The translations under genes and the position numbers were made by a program. 64,000 nt of DNA, from contig JAQGDQ010000018.1 of assembly GCA_030141605.1 (NCBI GenBank), positions 1,240,001 to 1,304,000 on the forward strand, in the 5' to 3' direction. The stretch comes from Tubiluchus corallicola. Lineage: Eukaryota; Animalia; Priapulida. Positions 26,883 through 40,761 of this stretch are shown piece by piece; position 1 is the stretch's first letter; the number at the start of each line of letters is the position of its first letter. The notes below the pieces were generated by a model. That model was not told the DNA's origin and searched no databases. It saw only the letters and a list, made by a program, of their open reading frames with translations.

Positions 26883-27946
26883 AATTAATTTTAAATTTTA
26901 AATTTTAACTTTAAAATTTTTTGGTACGAGACAGACTTGTTAGATTAACATTTTTATGTCTAATTGACGGTAAAACTGTTGAATTCAGTGTTATTTATGG
27001 CGTTTTGGGGGCGTATAGGTCCTTCTTGCTGACTATAATAAATTGTAGGTACAAGAGTAAGAAGACTATATCATACAGCCAGCGTAAAAACGTAAAACGT
27101 AAACGTAAATGGGTTTTTATGTTTTATTAGTTTGCTTTCAAATGTCATATTTATTGGTATGAAACATATGACATTTGCTTTTTTTACAAGAATTTCAGTT
27201 GTATTCAGTTGTATTCGGCGGCTTACCGCCCTTTCTGTGAATGGTTTGAGAATTATTTTTTGCAGTTTATTTCTCTTTTTTATTTCATACTGACTAACTG
27301 TTAATAAAACTTTTGCACTGGCTAACTGTTAGGCTGGCACGCCAAAGTAATAAGTCAAATAAGTACAATCAAATTTATAGCGAGTCATTGGAATGCGTTT
27401 CACTGCCCGTAGATGGAGCAACAAGCTTATTTCATATAGTCACGATCGTTTCCCTATGTGTTTACTGGGTTTTGAACGGGGATTATTAACGTAGTCGACA
27501 CATATAGAGTAGAACCGTTGTATTGGACTCTATAAATAGTAATTTTGTTACGAAACTCCTGAAATAAGCAAGTTTTACAATTTTTTTTTAGATTTTGTTT
27601 TTGCTAGTTAGGCTAACTATGAGAAAAAATTGCTATATCTGCACCGTTGATTACGCCCTAATTTTTCATGAGTAATTTCAAGTTTTTCTCTATCAGTTTT
27701 ACTTATTTACCTAATATATTGTGAAAAGTTCGTTTGTGTAAAAAATTTGTTACTGTGTTATTATCATGTTGTAATATATTTCTTAATAATTTTTCACTCC
27801 CCCTCCCACTGAGTTTGGACAGACACTCTTCATTGAAATACCGTTCCAAATCAGTAAACCTGAATGCCAATGTCTTTGTGGCAGTGTATGGTGGCCGCTC
27901 AAATTTTGCCTCCATTGACATATTTAGGCCAGTGTAATACTTAAAG

Positions 27947-27961
27947 ATGCCTAGCTTTAAG
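27947..27961 (+). CDS. RIPOR: Candidate RIPOR alternative first coding exon (MPSFK)
   Basis: aaagATG CCT AGC TTT AAG|GTAAGT; consensus donor; phase 0, in frame with exon 45781. Confidence 0.4.
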
Positions 27962-28976
27962 GTAAGTTTGTTTATGCTATTCGTAAGTTACTCCTCATGT
28001 ACATGCCAATATTAACAAAAGATAAATGGTTATTTTCGTAAGCGTTAATTGTCACTTTTTTTCTCAGACGAACCGGACCAGTGCAATCATGGCTGGTTGC
28101 CTGTGTTCTTAACGTACACTTGTCGGAATACGGGCAGCTTAGTGATTTATTGTGCACTTTCGCTTTTACTTGAACAGCATTTGTTTATAGATCTGATAGA
28201 ATTCTGTTGGTAAAAATTACTGAACAAACATTTTAGCAACTGCTTAAATAAATTAGTCGTCTAGATGTCTCCGCTCTGCAATTTCAGCAAATTAATGGAA
28301 GTTCAAAAACTTAAAATAGTTTCATGCGCAACAGTGCCATGTATACGCTGTAAATAGATCTACTGAACTTTCGGCATTATGGGCTCTTGTAAGAACTAAA
28401 TAACACTACTCCTAAGGGCTATGTGTGAGTCATAAGTGGCTTTAATTGGAGAATGGAGAACTCATTATTCAAAATTTGCTAACCTTAATTATCGGATGCT
28501 ATTAAATGAAGTTATGTGATGCTTCAGTCATAAGTTGAGATTAATGATAACCAGTCTAATTTGCAATTACCCATTACTTACATAAACAGCTTGCTCTAAG
28601 CTATAATGATGTATAATAAGCTTAGCTTCTAGGCTGCTAATTAAATAAATGCTAGCATGGAGAAAAACCTACAGGCAAATGTTCTTGTTAGGTCAGTATT
28701 ATCTTTAGAAAGATCTGTTTTTACTCGCTGTGCAATATTAATAATGAACTGATGTATGTAGCAACAAAGTCCCGAGGCATTCGGCGCCGAGGAAATAATA
28801 TGTGATTTGTAATGCGTTCTAACGTATTTTTTATATCAAATAACCCTCCTGACTGATTGCAGTACTCAGCTATAGTTTTTGTTTTGTCCTGCATATTTTG
28901 ATGAGATGATCGTTGTGTGACCTCTGAACTCGATCATGATCGGAGTCTTTTGCATACTCTTGATAGCAACATAACA

Positions 28977-29006
28977 ATGTTTTTGCTTCAATGTGTCTGG
29001 ACCAAG
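28977..29006 (+). CDS. RIPOR: Candidate RIPOR alternative first coding exon (MFLLQCVWTK)
   Basis: acaATG...AAG|GTAAAA; phase 0, in frame with exon 45781. Confidence 0.35.
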
Positions 29007-29147
29007 GTAAAAATATTTCATTAAAATAACGTCATAACTCAAAATTTAGTCAAACAGTCAAATTGACCTTGCTCTTCAAAAACTGTCTCAACTTTGTCCA
29101 CCTAAAAGCTCAAAAAACTTGACAAGTTGACAATTATGTTGACTTAA

Positions 29148-29164
29148 TGCTGTCATCTGGTGGC
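29148..29164 (-). promoter_or_regulatory. CTCF-like motif
   Basis: Reverse complement reads GCCACCAGATGACAGCA. Confidence 0.45.
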
Positions 29165-32100
29165 TTTACCACCAACCGAATAATTTTTTACAGGATCTTA
29201 CTTATAGGTCCATACTAAATTAAATTAATAAAACCGAAGTTATTTCAACCAAAATTGGCTAATCGCAACAACATCAAATGAGTAGTATACTATATATAAT
29301 GTCTTTGCTCTTACTTAATTTGTACACTTTGAGTTAGTTAGTAGTTATAGTTAAATTAAGTAGACAACATCAACACTATTTACATGTAATGGCACTGCTA
29401 ATTTTGTGGCACAGCTAGCAGGGTGCAAAAAGCTGTATAGGTATGGAAGTGATGGAACAGGTGTCATAAGAAAGAAAACCTTTAATACATTTTTAAATTT
29501 TGTACAAATGACTTCGCAGAAATGTACCTAAATAACGAACTAATCTAAACGAGCGGGACGTTCTTCCTAACTTTTTAAAGCTCAGCTGCTAATAAACGTC
29601 TGTCTAATAGTTATTATGCAGTTTATCTCATCGCCATACCTAAGTTGAATGTTAATTAATGACAAATAGAGACGAGACCCTATTTCTCTAATCGAATAGA
29701 AAACTATTTATTCAGTTTGATAGCCAAGGCTTTTTCTTTTAAACGAATCTTATAATACGCATTTATAAGCTCTTTCAAATGTATTTGTGTGGATACCCAA
29801 TAATACACGTTATAGTATCCAATATTTACAAAATACTTATAAAAAATGTACTAATAGAATATAAAATACCGTTACGAGACTACAGTTTTTTATTCAGTAC
29901 GGCAGTACGTATGATATTAGTAATTTCATAATAAACTATAAGCATATTACCATACGTATTAGCATGGTAGCGCCATACTTTTTTCCATCTGTGCAGGTTT
30001 CTTTTTGCAAATAAAGTATAGTGTGTATATAATCTTTAAACTGCCTTTCATGAGATTAAACTGAAATTACTAAATCTCAAATGCGTTTTCTATTTGAGAT
30101 AAACATAAAACGAAGAGACATAAATGACCATTCAAAATGAATGTCTAGAATTGATTGTAGAATATAACTCTTGCTGTGTTATAATTCACGTGTATTGCAC
30201 GCTTGGCACTATTCTCTTAAATCTTTTATCGCCGTACTTTTGACCGCTTAATGACCGACCTGAATTCGCGTCCCTTACGATCATAATAATGGCAATTAAG
30301 ATTTAAATTTAAATTGAACCCTGTATACATGTATAATTCTGTCTCTGCCCCATAATTAATTCATTGAACGATACGTGTCATAACTCTTGAACGGTACACA
30401 TTTCATTTTGCGAGTACATGAATAACCGTTTGGATGGATCAGCCCTGTACTGGACATGGTTTGAGCTTGAATATGTAATATGGATCTTTTATGCACATTG
30501 GCAATAAAATTAATTTACTGTATGTAGGGTAGTTACTGTGTTGGCCAGTTTCTATGATGACTTTCCTGTGTAGAGGCTAAATAGGTCACATCCTGTCCCG
30601 TAATTTGGAAATAATGGTCGTAATTAAAAGCAGGTAATTACTTAAGCGATACTGTGCATTTTTGTTGTGCGAAACTTTTACTGTTCGGATCTAAAATTAA
30701 ATAGCGCATTTAAATTTAGTTAGGATCATGAAATTAAGGAGAGCTGTACTTAGTCGAAGTGTTCCTGTTAGTTTTTGTGTTCATGCCGTTCTTCGCTGAT
30801 TTCAGGGAGTCAGGAAAGCTTCGCACATATAATAATCTTTTGCAAAAGGAAAGTACTTCTCAATTATGGCTTCAGTTATTTGATTGTAAAAGTTATCTAG
30901 GGGCGTTTCACCTTGAATGCAACAAGTCTTTCTCTGTTTTAAGAAATAGAGCTGCCTATTTGTTCGTTCGTGCTCAGATATTTATAAAAATATCTAAACA
31001 TATTAGTTTTTTTTTACAAAAAATCGCTCAATCCGCTGATGTGGGAAAACTCTCGAATAAGGGGATAGAGATGGCTTTTGGCATGTTCTCTTTGACATAT
31101 GTGTTCATTACCGCATGATGACAATATCAGCATTTGTAACCGATGATTAATGTTGTCGTTTCGGCGTTTTTCTTCTGTTAATTACAGTTTTTTGACAAGA
31201 TTAAGACGATCATGATTTTACCTGGCGAGAAAATTTGGCTGGGAAACCAAAGAAAGTTGTAGTTAATAGTGGGTCACTGCCCTAAGTGCGTGTATTTTTG
31301 TTAGGGCTCTATCTAAAATTGTGTACTTGGAGTTCGTTGTTTCGGTTGGTTTTCGGTTGCACGTCATTTTTTTAAAATCAGGAACGCTCTCTTTCTTGGT
31401 GTCATCGCACAAGCTGCTTTTTAAATGCAGGGAAATTGCAATACTTGCGTACTTGATAGATGTGAATGAAGCAATAAATAGCAAGCATTCATATGTAATT
31501 TATTTGCAGGACGAATGGTATAAGTTTCTTAATCAACATGTCAGAAAAATGCTAATGCTAAATGTTATTAACACCACAATATTTTTGGGTTCAGTGCATT
31601 TCCCCCAGTATGAAACTTTTCCTAGGGGGTACAAATACCTGTAGAACCAGCATTACTTTGTTTTGCCTCCTATAATCTTAACTGGACCTGTGATCGTGTC
31701 CTGTTGCTGATGTGTCAGCTAGCTCTGACTCAGTTGTACTATGGAGTTACGTTTTTAAACGATCTTTTTGTTATCAGTAGTAGGCTCAACGTCATCTGGA
31801 AATCCGTTTTGTTTCGTTCTGGCACTGATTCTGTGGATCAAAAGTCGATGAGAGGAGAGATTGTGACACTTAAGCCTCCATTCCTTAGGCCGGGTTTCTG
31901 CGTCAAAAGACTCGGATTTCGATTGACGTTCAGAGAATTCTCTTGAAAATGGGATTAACGCGTTGCTCCTTTTAATGTGAGTGGTTTATAGAAAGCTTGG
32001 GAGGCAGGATTTGCTTGATAATGTTTTCATTCGAGTTCTTGAAGCTGCGACTGCTTCTTTTTTCTTTAATTACTTGGTTGTGCTGGTTTGTTTTCACGTA

Positions 32101-32317
32101 TATTTTATTAACAATGTACTGTATGCTATGCAGGATGCAAAGCGCGCAAATATAATCACTGTGCATATTAGTGTCAAATATGTGTACATGTTAGAGAAAT
32201 ATAAGAGATTGTCGCTTTGATCGGCTGTCTTTTATTAATTCCTCGTGACAATGGTGACTTCTGATGTTAGATAATACAATGTACAATAATATAAGACTTT
32301 AGTTTTATATTATAAAA

Positions 32318-32320
<3 letters not shown>

Positions 32321-32353
<33 letters not shown>
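32321..32353. repeat. (TA)n microsatellite flanked by short direct repeats
   Basis: TA run, with atataagac(t/a)ttagtttta on both sides. Confidence 0.9.
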
Positions 32354-32358
<5 letters not shown>

Positions 32359-33130
32359 TTATATATAAGACATTAGTTTTAGTATAAAAAAATTTTCATT
32401 TCTCAGTAATCATTGTTCGTTGGCGTATCGTATCTTATGAGTGAAAATTATTGAACTGGCAGGACTTTTATCTAGCAATAACACTAGATTCTAGAATTAG
32501 TTTAGCAGAGTACGATATGAGATGTAGAGCAGTTAATTGTTAATTTTAAAGACATCTTTGTCTTAATTAAAAGAATAAAAGGTGGCTGAATTTGGTGAAC
32601 GTACAACAGTTACCTGATGCAGTAATATGGTTAAGCCTAACTTGGAGAACCGAAGATTATAGCGTGCCATATCACTTGCATCTCGAAGCAAAGTCACTCA
32701 TTTGTGACATTTTCTTGCGTCTAGGTCTATTAGATTAACGGTCTTACGTTATTTTATCCTATTTTCACTTTAACTGCCAAGGCTTGAATGGTGAATGAAC
32801 AAAACAGTACACCTCTGCACGCGCTGCTGATTTCATAACCTGATTACTTGAAATCGAGGATTTGGCGGTTTAAGCTATAGCTATTGGCACTCTGTTAGGC
32901 TGTCCTGTGTTGTATACTGTAAATTAAGAGACGTTCACACTGTCGGTAGTTTGGCGTTTTGGATGTTCGCTGAAGCGCACAAAGTTACTGTGTATTGTAT
33001 ATGCCAGGAGTTACTGCGTCTCGTCCCGTGTTTGTTGGAGATAAACTGATAACATTATATAATTCGAGATTACAGAGTGACCACCGGCTACTGACACCAA
33101 GACGTGTCTGTTCGAGCGGGCATCATCATA

Positions 33131-33214
33131 ATGGATGGAATGAGGCGGAAAACACCAAGAGAGAAACTGGCTCTACTGCAAAAGAAGGCTCGAGGTCTTG
33201 TCATGTGGCGGATT
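33131..33214 (+). CDS. RIPOR: Candidate RIPOR alternative first coding exon (MDGMRRKTPREKLALLQKKARGLVMWRI)
   Basis: ataATGG start, basic helical-looking peptide, phase 0. The donor ATT|GTAAAA is weak. Confidence 0.3.
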
Positions 33215-34149
33215 GTAAAATTGCTCAGCAAGTTATAGCTTTCCGCGCCTAATGTTGGAATGATTTAAAGCGAAATGCGAACGTACCTTTACCAAACTAA
33301 CTTGCTTGTGTTTTGGTCAGTGCATGTAAATTGATGGCTAATTTCGCGAATTACTGTGCTTTATGAGAGTTTGCCATTCTACTTTTTCAGCAGCCGTATG
33401 ACAAGATTAAATTAATGCATGTTGAAAGTGCTGTGTGCTCACTGTGATAGTAATTGGTCTCGTTTAACACGTATTTGCTCTACTTGCTAAGACAAATAAA
33501 AACAAATGTACTGAACAGAGTCATTAGCGAGAGCATTAACTCATAACTAGATCATCGTGTGCCCTTGAAACATTTGAAGTTGAGCAATGTAGAAAAACAA
33601 ACTTGAGTTGGTCCATCTGAAGTTTCTCGAAACCGTGTGGTTACGTTTTATTTTTGTTTAACTGATTTAAATTTTAATCAGTTTTGTAATTTTGCAGCAG
33701 TTTTTGTGATAATTGGTGACTGGATATTCGCTACACGCAACCCTTGAATTCTCAAGTTAATAAATGGTTATCTAGTTCGTAAGGTATATACTAAAACCAA
33801 AAATTGAAACGGTTTACACGGATTGTGTGGTATAAAAAGAGTAATAGAGAATTACAAAGTAAAGCACTTCACTGTGTTTAGGTTACTGTTTCTTAGTTTT
33901 TTAGTAGAAGCAGCTTAAATTTGCAACTCAAAAGATTGGTAACCGCTGCCGGACGCCGTTTTTGTTGCCTTTTCTCTTGTAACAAAGCTCTTGTGTTTTT
34001 TTTAATTGTGGGCACTTTCTTGGGCGACGTCGGTTTAAAAACTTCACGTCTTTATACGATATTTCCTGTCTTATCAGCCAACCTTCCTTGCAAGAACAAT
34101 ACTTTTTTTCGTGCTTGGAAGTGTGTAAGACGGATTGAAGAATAAAAAA

Positions 34150-34254
34150 ATGTTCTTCCGAAGCAAGTCACATACGGAACTGCAGCAGCGGCCGACTCGG
34201 CGAGCAGTCAGTTTCAACCTGGGTCATCGGTGGCCGAAAGATCCGTGGTATAAG
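34150..34254 (+). CDS. RIPOR: RIPOR alternative first coding exon (MFFRSKSHTELQQRPTRRAVSFNLGHRWPKDPWYK)
   Basis: aaaATG start, 35 open codons that are GC-richer than the flanks, AAG|GTAGGC donor; phase 0, in frame with 45781. Confidence 0.6.
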
Positions 34255-36213
34255 GTAGGCTCGTGTTAGTTAGCAATAATCTGTTTTAATTATATGAAAT
34301 AAATTAATTTTGGTAAAGTAGCCAGCTTTGTTGTAACAATATTTTGGATACCGATTATATTTTATTTAAAGTCCCATGAAGTGTTTTTCTCTGAGCAGTT
34401 GTGTACAAGTTTAGATTTAGGTTTTGTTTTGATAGCTAATTGTCTAATGTTGTTTCTGTGTCAGTGAGCTATTTTGTCGCTTTCACATAATTAACACTGG
34501 TTTTTACAACGTACGCGCCGCATTGTCAATCTTGCTGCCGTCTTTTATACTGAAACGTATTTTTCTAGTCTCTGCATCTTTGTACTGTGTAGCCTATAGC
34601 CTCTGGTACTGCCCTCTTTACCTTATGTGCTATTTTTACTTAGCTGCACTGTGGAATTAATAATTATTGCGTACTTAGTTCACAATGCTACACCTGTTAC
34701 TTCGCTGAATCAAAATCGTTTATGGTAAAAGCAAAGCAAGTACTACACGGGCTTCTTACTATAATACATATTATCTTAATATATTATTAAAAACTGCAAC
34801 AATATTAAGTTTAAACTGTAGCTTCCGTGGTGTTTTAACTTTTAAAGCTTGAAAATTTATGTTTACTTTATCTTTAAGGTTTGTCATAATCATTTGAAAT
34901 GGTAAAATCTACAATAACTCTTATGTAACAATCACCTAATATCAATCATCATCTGTATTTTAGATCAACATTTTTTTTGCATTTCCTCAGTGTGCTGGTT
35001 ATGTTTATAAGAGAAATCATGTCGCCTTGCCTTTCATATGCAAAATACTTTCCTGTCTTTTTCTAACATTACAGCGAACAATGTGAAGGAAATGATATAA
35101 TACGGTAATGGTAAAATAGCGGTAATAACCGCCATTTCGAAAGGTTAGCGTATAGAAATTCTGGTTTGCGGCTGGAGCTGTAATTTTGCGACAGTTTTTT
35201 GTTATATTTGCGTTGTGCTTCTAGTAAGTACCTGTAATAATAGTCTTTTTACAGCACAAAGTCAATTGACACTTTAATAATTCATGTATATCGGGCTGTT
35301 ACCTGAGAACTTTTACTGATTTGTGATTGGTCTTCGTGACGTCATAGCTAACAATTGAAATGTATTCTGGAAGATATCAGTAGAAAGATGCAATACAAAA
35401 CCGCTATTGTTAGTGAAAACAAAAACGTTCTTGTGTGTTACCTAGAAGTCTGAATGCCTTTTAGTTTCTCCTTGGCAACGTACTGAGCCATTGCGGCAAA
35501 GCGTTTATATGCTGCACTTTATTGAAGTCATCTGCCCTAGTTCTATTATATGTAAAACTATTGCCATTAAGCCTACTATTAAACTAGTTGGAGGGTTTTT
35601 TGATTGACGATTTTATGAGTTTCCCCGCTATAATTAGAGTGCCTTTTCACTAGCAGTAGTTTTCATTTTGGTTCGTTTGATATGGCAAGAGATTTCATTA
35701 TATATAGTATCCACGAACAGTTCAAGGTGAAATTTTATTGTTTCTTTATATGAAACCTAGATTCTTAGGCGGCTGGATACCAATAATGATCGCAAATATA
35801 TTTTTATAGTCGGATGCTTTGTATTGAAAGAGCAAATAGACTGAAGGGCTACTTGTTCACGCTGTTTGCGATTAGTAATGTTTATATTACGTGGCTGTTT
35901 TTTTGCGTTGGCTTACATTAAAGTTATAATATATTGGTAACCAATACACAACTATTATTAAAATTCGTAAACTTAGTCATCGGCATAATTATCCTCGTTT
36001 GAAGTTAACTTGTGTGTGCCCTAACAGGTAACAGCCTAAAAAGCGTGTAGTTTTTTTTTGCATAAATGTATTGTAATCGAGCTTGAGTTCATTACTACAT
36101 AATGTAGTAATTCTTTTGCAGGTGCATGAAAATTTTTGTACGGTAGCGTTTAGCTGTTCTGTCTGTTTTTGTTACGTCATTTATCGTCCAGTACATCATT
36201 AGCAAAACGTTAA

Positions 36214-36672
36214 AGGAAAACAGGATGATTTTTCATATGTTACCCCATTTTCAAGTCCGATAAAAACACGATTAATTTTGCAAAAGCGTTTCTGATAATT
36301 AAATAATAAGAGTAAAAACTTAACTGGCGGCGGGCGAGCCCTACTATTGATGACATCACAAACTAACATAATTTTCAACAGCAAAAATATTCTACGAGCG
36401 TGTTGCACGTATTTTGCGAAAGCGAAAGTTGAAGTACAGTCCTGCTGTAAGATATTTAGTGTGTTGTACTAAAACTAGCCATGTTGTAAGATATAAAATT
36501 CAAATTTCAAATTTTCCGCTGTGTTCGCGCTTCCGAAATGCAGGCGCTAGTGCCCGTCTAACTAGCGAATGGCGAAATGCATGTACAGTAGGGAAGAATT
36601 AGTGGCGCGAATGCGAAATTGTATTTGTGTGGTAATAATTCTTTCATTTTTGAAAAAATAGTGTGTTCCCTT
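36214..36672. mobile_element. Possible Kolobok-type non-autonomous element
   Basis: TTAA|AGGAAAACA ... TGTTCCCTT|TTAA; short imperfect TIR with TTAA on both sides. Confidence 0.35.
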
Positions 36673-38483
36673 TTAATATTTTAAAGAGTATATTGTTTTG
36701 ACTTACAGTTTAAGATTGGGTCCAGTTTAGCTTTAACTTTTGAGGCTAGTGATTATATGATATGTGTGTGCGTCACCTTGTAGTCATGCTGCTGTTATCT
36801 CATTTAATACTAACTATAACCCAAACCACAGAGCAATCTTAAATGATACTTGAAACAACTTTGTCGTTTTCGTTTTTCAACATCTTTTGGGCGCTGTTGT
36901 ATCTGAAGATTCTACAGACTAAAAATCGATCTGAAAGCTATATGCCAAAAAGTCAAGCCTCACATGATAACCACAAGCATAAAACTCACGCGTCCATCCA
37001 CTTTGTCATGGTTTGTCCCGCCTAAGTCAAATACACGGAGATGTACTTGCTCAACATTTCAGTTTAATATTACTAGCTCTTGCCATTAAGGATTTATTGA
37101 CTTTATTAGTCCAGTCTCCAAGGAAACTAGTTTTATAGTTTTTTTCATAGACCTGCTTTTATTTGGAACATCCGGTTGTTGTCGTGTTTTTCCTTTAATG
37201 CATATTTGTAGGCTTGCATCTTAATTCTGTTGACTGCTTATCCAACATTTTGTTACTTGTAGTTAAGTGAGCATTAGGGAACATGGGGGACACCTTGGCA
37301 AAATCAGAGTTAATGTACGTTTTCATGCAGTTTTCTTAGTAAGACTGAACTAGCAGGGGGGTGAGCTTTGAAACGAATAAACAAGCAAATGGGAGACTAA
37401 CATGCAGTGAAATTTTCAAATTCGTGTGCATGCGTGTATTCTTGACAGTGTCAATTATGTATTTTGTTTGATGCGTTAATGTTCGTTGCTTTTAAAGTTT
37501 TAAAAGCAAGTTGATGACACTAAGCAGTTCACTAACACAAGTAAAATGGCGCAACTAAACATTACTTTCTTTCATTCAGTCTTTTGGTTAAATAATTTTC
37601 TCTTTCTGTGATTTACAAACATGCATTGTTTGCTAGCGGCTTAATGAGGGTTAAATTCGTGAACAAATACGGCGTATTTGAAAATAGCCTTTTTTGTGTC
37701 TGGTTAATACAAACATGTTGTTCTGTGCTCTATGGGAATTAACGTGTCGGTAAACTCTATAGCAATTATTTTTGAAGGAATTCGCGTGATTATGTCTGCC
37801 ATAATTATGTTTAAACACTTAACACATGCATACAAAAATAAATGTTTGTTATTTCTACTTATGACTTTTCAAATGTACATTAACTTCTGCTTATTGTTAT
37901 GCGAACCTCATTTTATTGCAATTTTATTGCATTTACAGTCGCATGAAGTGAATGTTGAACGGAGCTATTTGAGAGAAAGCGCACACATTACAATCGTGTT
38001 AATTGTTAAGTCGCCATTCAGTTCATGATATTCAAATGTCATATTTACATTGGAACTTGGTTCACAATTTAGCTCATTGCGAAATAGCTATAATCAAAAC
38101 AATACCAACTTTATTTATAACTAAGCAATATTGCTAGAATTATATTCAAGCATATATTTCCAACAAATTAATTTATAACAATTTGTGCTGTTTAGATGTA
38201 AAGGAAATATACAGGTGGCCCCTTTGCTTCATATTGACTAGTTCAACAGGATATAGAGATCTGGAAACATACCATTATGAAACATTCTGGTAATTTACTT
38301 AGCTTAATTGCACACATTAGTGTTTTTAGTCCGGAACAAAGTTTTGGTAACACCATTCGCAGCTGCTGGTTCATTTATCTTGTGCTTGTCTTTGTGAACG
38401 GTCTAGATTTTTTCAGGCTAGTTTTTAACTGTTTCAAAATGTGTTCGGAATAGTTAATAAGTTTTGTAATTTATATGTAAAAA

Positions 38484-38573
38484 ATGGGATGTGTGCCATG
38501 CTTACTTGAGTGGCGATTGTGTAATAAATTTTGTTATGAAGGTGTTATTGACCAACTCTCTGTTCTTTACATG
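38484..38573 (+). CDS. RIPOR: RIPOR alternative first coding exon (MGCVPCLLEWRLCNKFCYEGVIDQLSVLYM)
   Basis: aaaATGG start, 30 open codons, strong ATG|GTGAGT donor; phase 0, in frame with 45781. Confidence 0.55.
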
Positions 38574-38814
38574 GTGAGTATTACCGCTGTAGACCAAAGT
38601 GAGACTGTTTATGTACTTTATTTTGCAGGTAAAAATTCGCCTCTGTCTCGGCCTCGATTTGCCATCTGCTTTACTATTAATTATAAGTATTATTATTACG
38701 GCTATAGCCGTAATAGCTATTTAAGACATAAATGCGTGTTTTGCTGAATATTTATTGCTAGTATAGTTACCCAAAGGCTTTACTTTTATGACATTACTTT
38801 CGTTTTATTTGGCA

Positions 38815-38831
38815 GCCAATAGATGGCAGTG
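38815..38831 (+). promoter_or_regulatory. CTCF-like motif
   Basis: GCCAATAGATGGCAGTG. Confidence 0.4.
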
Positions 38832-40422
38832 CGATGCCTGGCTTCATGTTGTGCCTACAGATACGGTTGTGCCGAATAATTGTTAACAGACAAGTTTTAG
38901 TTGTTTGACTATCGCCCTAAGAATATATTTACTTCTAAATTTAAGTTTACACTGTTGATTTAGGCAGAATAGATTATACAGTTATATTGTCTGTCCTGGA
39001 ATGCTTTTCGATCCGAATTAGTTGTACATCTAACGCTTGTGTTAGCTGCCTAATTCATGAATTTTAAACAAGTGGAAGAGAATGTAAGATCGTTTCCAAC
39101 AAATCTTAGTGAAAAAGATCTAGTCTGAAATTAAAATGACTAAATGACCTGTTTTAACTTCCTCTCTTTTTAAATTCGTATTCTTTTAATGTTGCTCGAC
39201 ATATTACACGACTCCCTCGTACGAATCATTGTTATTGCCTGTAGACATCTGAAATTTTTGTTTTAGGAAACGGTTATTTTATTTTTTAAAATTTGTTGTG
39301 ATTTTTAAATGAGCCTTTGGAAAACTTGAAATCCAAAAAGTTTTAATCTTCCTATACGTAATAATAACAATGACAGGAAAGGCGGCGATCGTTGTTACCA
39401 ATTTTTTTTAAGTTTATAGGACGCCGAGTTTTTGTTTTCAATGAACGAATTTCAATAGCTTCGTTTCGTGAATTTAAGCATGTTGCTGATCTCTTTTTAA
39501 CGTGGACTTAACTTGGATGTATTTCGGTAAATCATTCCCGGGTTCGTGCGGTCTTTTTCGCGTTTCTTAACTGCTGTCAGTGAGCACTATGAGTCTTTTC
39601 TTGTTAACTGTCGCCTTTTATTATGTGTAGTTAAGCGCTCTATTGTGCGATTCGCCAATACACCTATTATCCATCAGCTTCCCGATGCTACCTGGTTGCT
39701 AGCTTGATGTGCTGTACCTCTCGCGGAGTGCCGCAGCTGCTGTAACAGCAGTACCACATCATTATTATACCTTGTTGGCGTATGCAAGACGGCATTACCG
39801 TAACGATGCTGGTTTCGCGTGGAATGAACACAGTGATTGGAGATCCACCTGCTGAAGATCTCTTGCGGATTATGTCTCAGTGTTGTGGAACTAATGACGG
39901 ATGATTACAGAAACTAGTAACTAAGTAACTGTCGTGAATGGGCAGGGCAGGAATATGCTCAGACATAGATATATCTATTTGTACAATGTTCTAGAGTTTT
40001 CACGTTGATTCATATATTATCGTAGTATTGTTTAGAGTGTTGGCATTTAATAAAGTCCACGTCAATTCATTATCGCAGTGGTGTGGAATCTCCACGTATT
40101 TGGTGTGCATACGTATTTATAATAAATACTAATTAGGATGTCAGACACGTCGTATTGCGCGGATTGGAGTATAATTGCACTTAAATGGGAACCATTTTCC
40201 CGCTTCACTGAATTCTGAACAACACGATGGTAGTTTAATTTAAAGTATCTGAGTACAGCAAGTTTGTGTATTGCGAACACACAAGAATTTGTTAGTATAT
40301 AAACATCTTGTGTGCCATTTGCCTGTTATATGTATTTGTGCTCATGAACACCAGGCAACCGGGTCGCATATAGGGTAAATATACATGTTTGACAAGTAGC
40401 CATATTTGATAAGCAGGGAGAA

Positions 40423-40761
40423 ATGTCTCTGAGCGGGTGTGCCAAATTTGTCAAGTTAGGCAGACGGTACGTTATAAGTGATGAAGTAGAGGACGACTTC
40501 TATATGCCTGCTAAAGACATGCATGCATCGCAGTGTATGTTGCCAACAACTGAGCCACATGGTGATCACTTTAATGGAGGAAACCAAACAATGATAAGGG
40601 CATCTGAATCAGACGAAACGTCTGATTTGGGGAAGAGTTATGGTCAGCTGTATGAATCGGTGGGTGATCTAAGTCTTGCTGGAAACTTGTCGGACAGTGG
40701 TCACATATCTGTGGCTTCTACAATCAGAACTATTGAAGAAATAGCCGAAGAAGACTATGAG
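40423..40761 (+). CDS. RIPOR: RIPOR alternative first coding exon, 113 aa acidic/Ser-rich (MSLSGCAKF...IAEEDYE)
   Basis: 339-nt open frame with protein-like composition, GAG|GTGAGG donor; phase 0, in frame with 45781. Confidence 0.72.

Noticed and set aside
31704-31982. GC-richer ORF with a downstream GTGAGT donor
   Set aside because: Stops precede the donor in the phase-0 frame; at most a non-coding leader exon.
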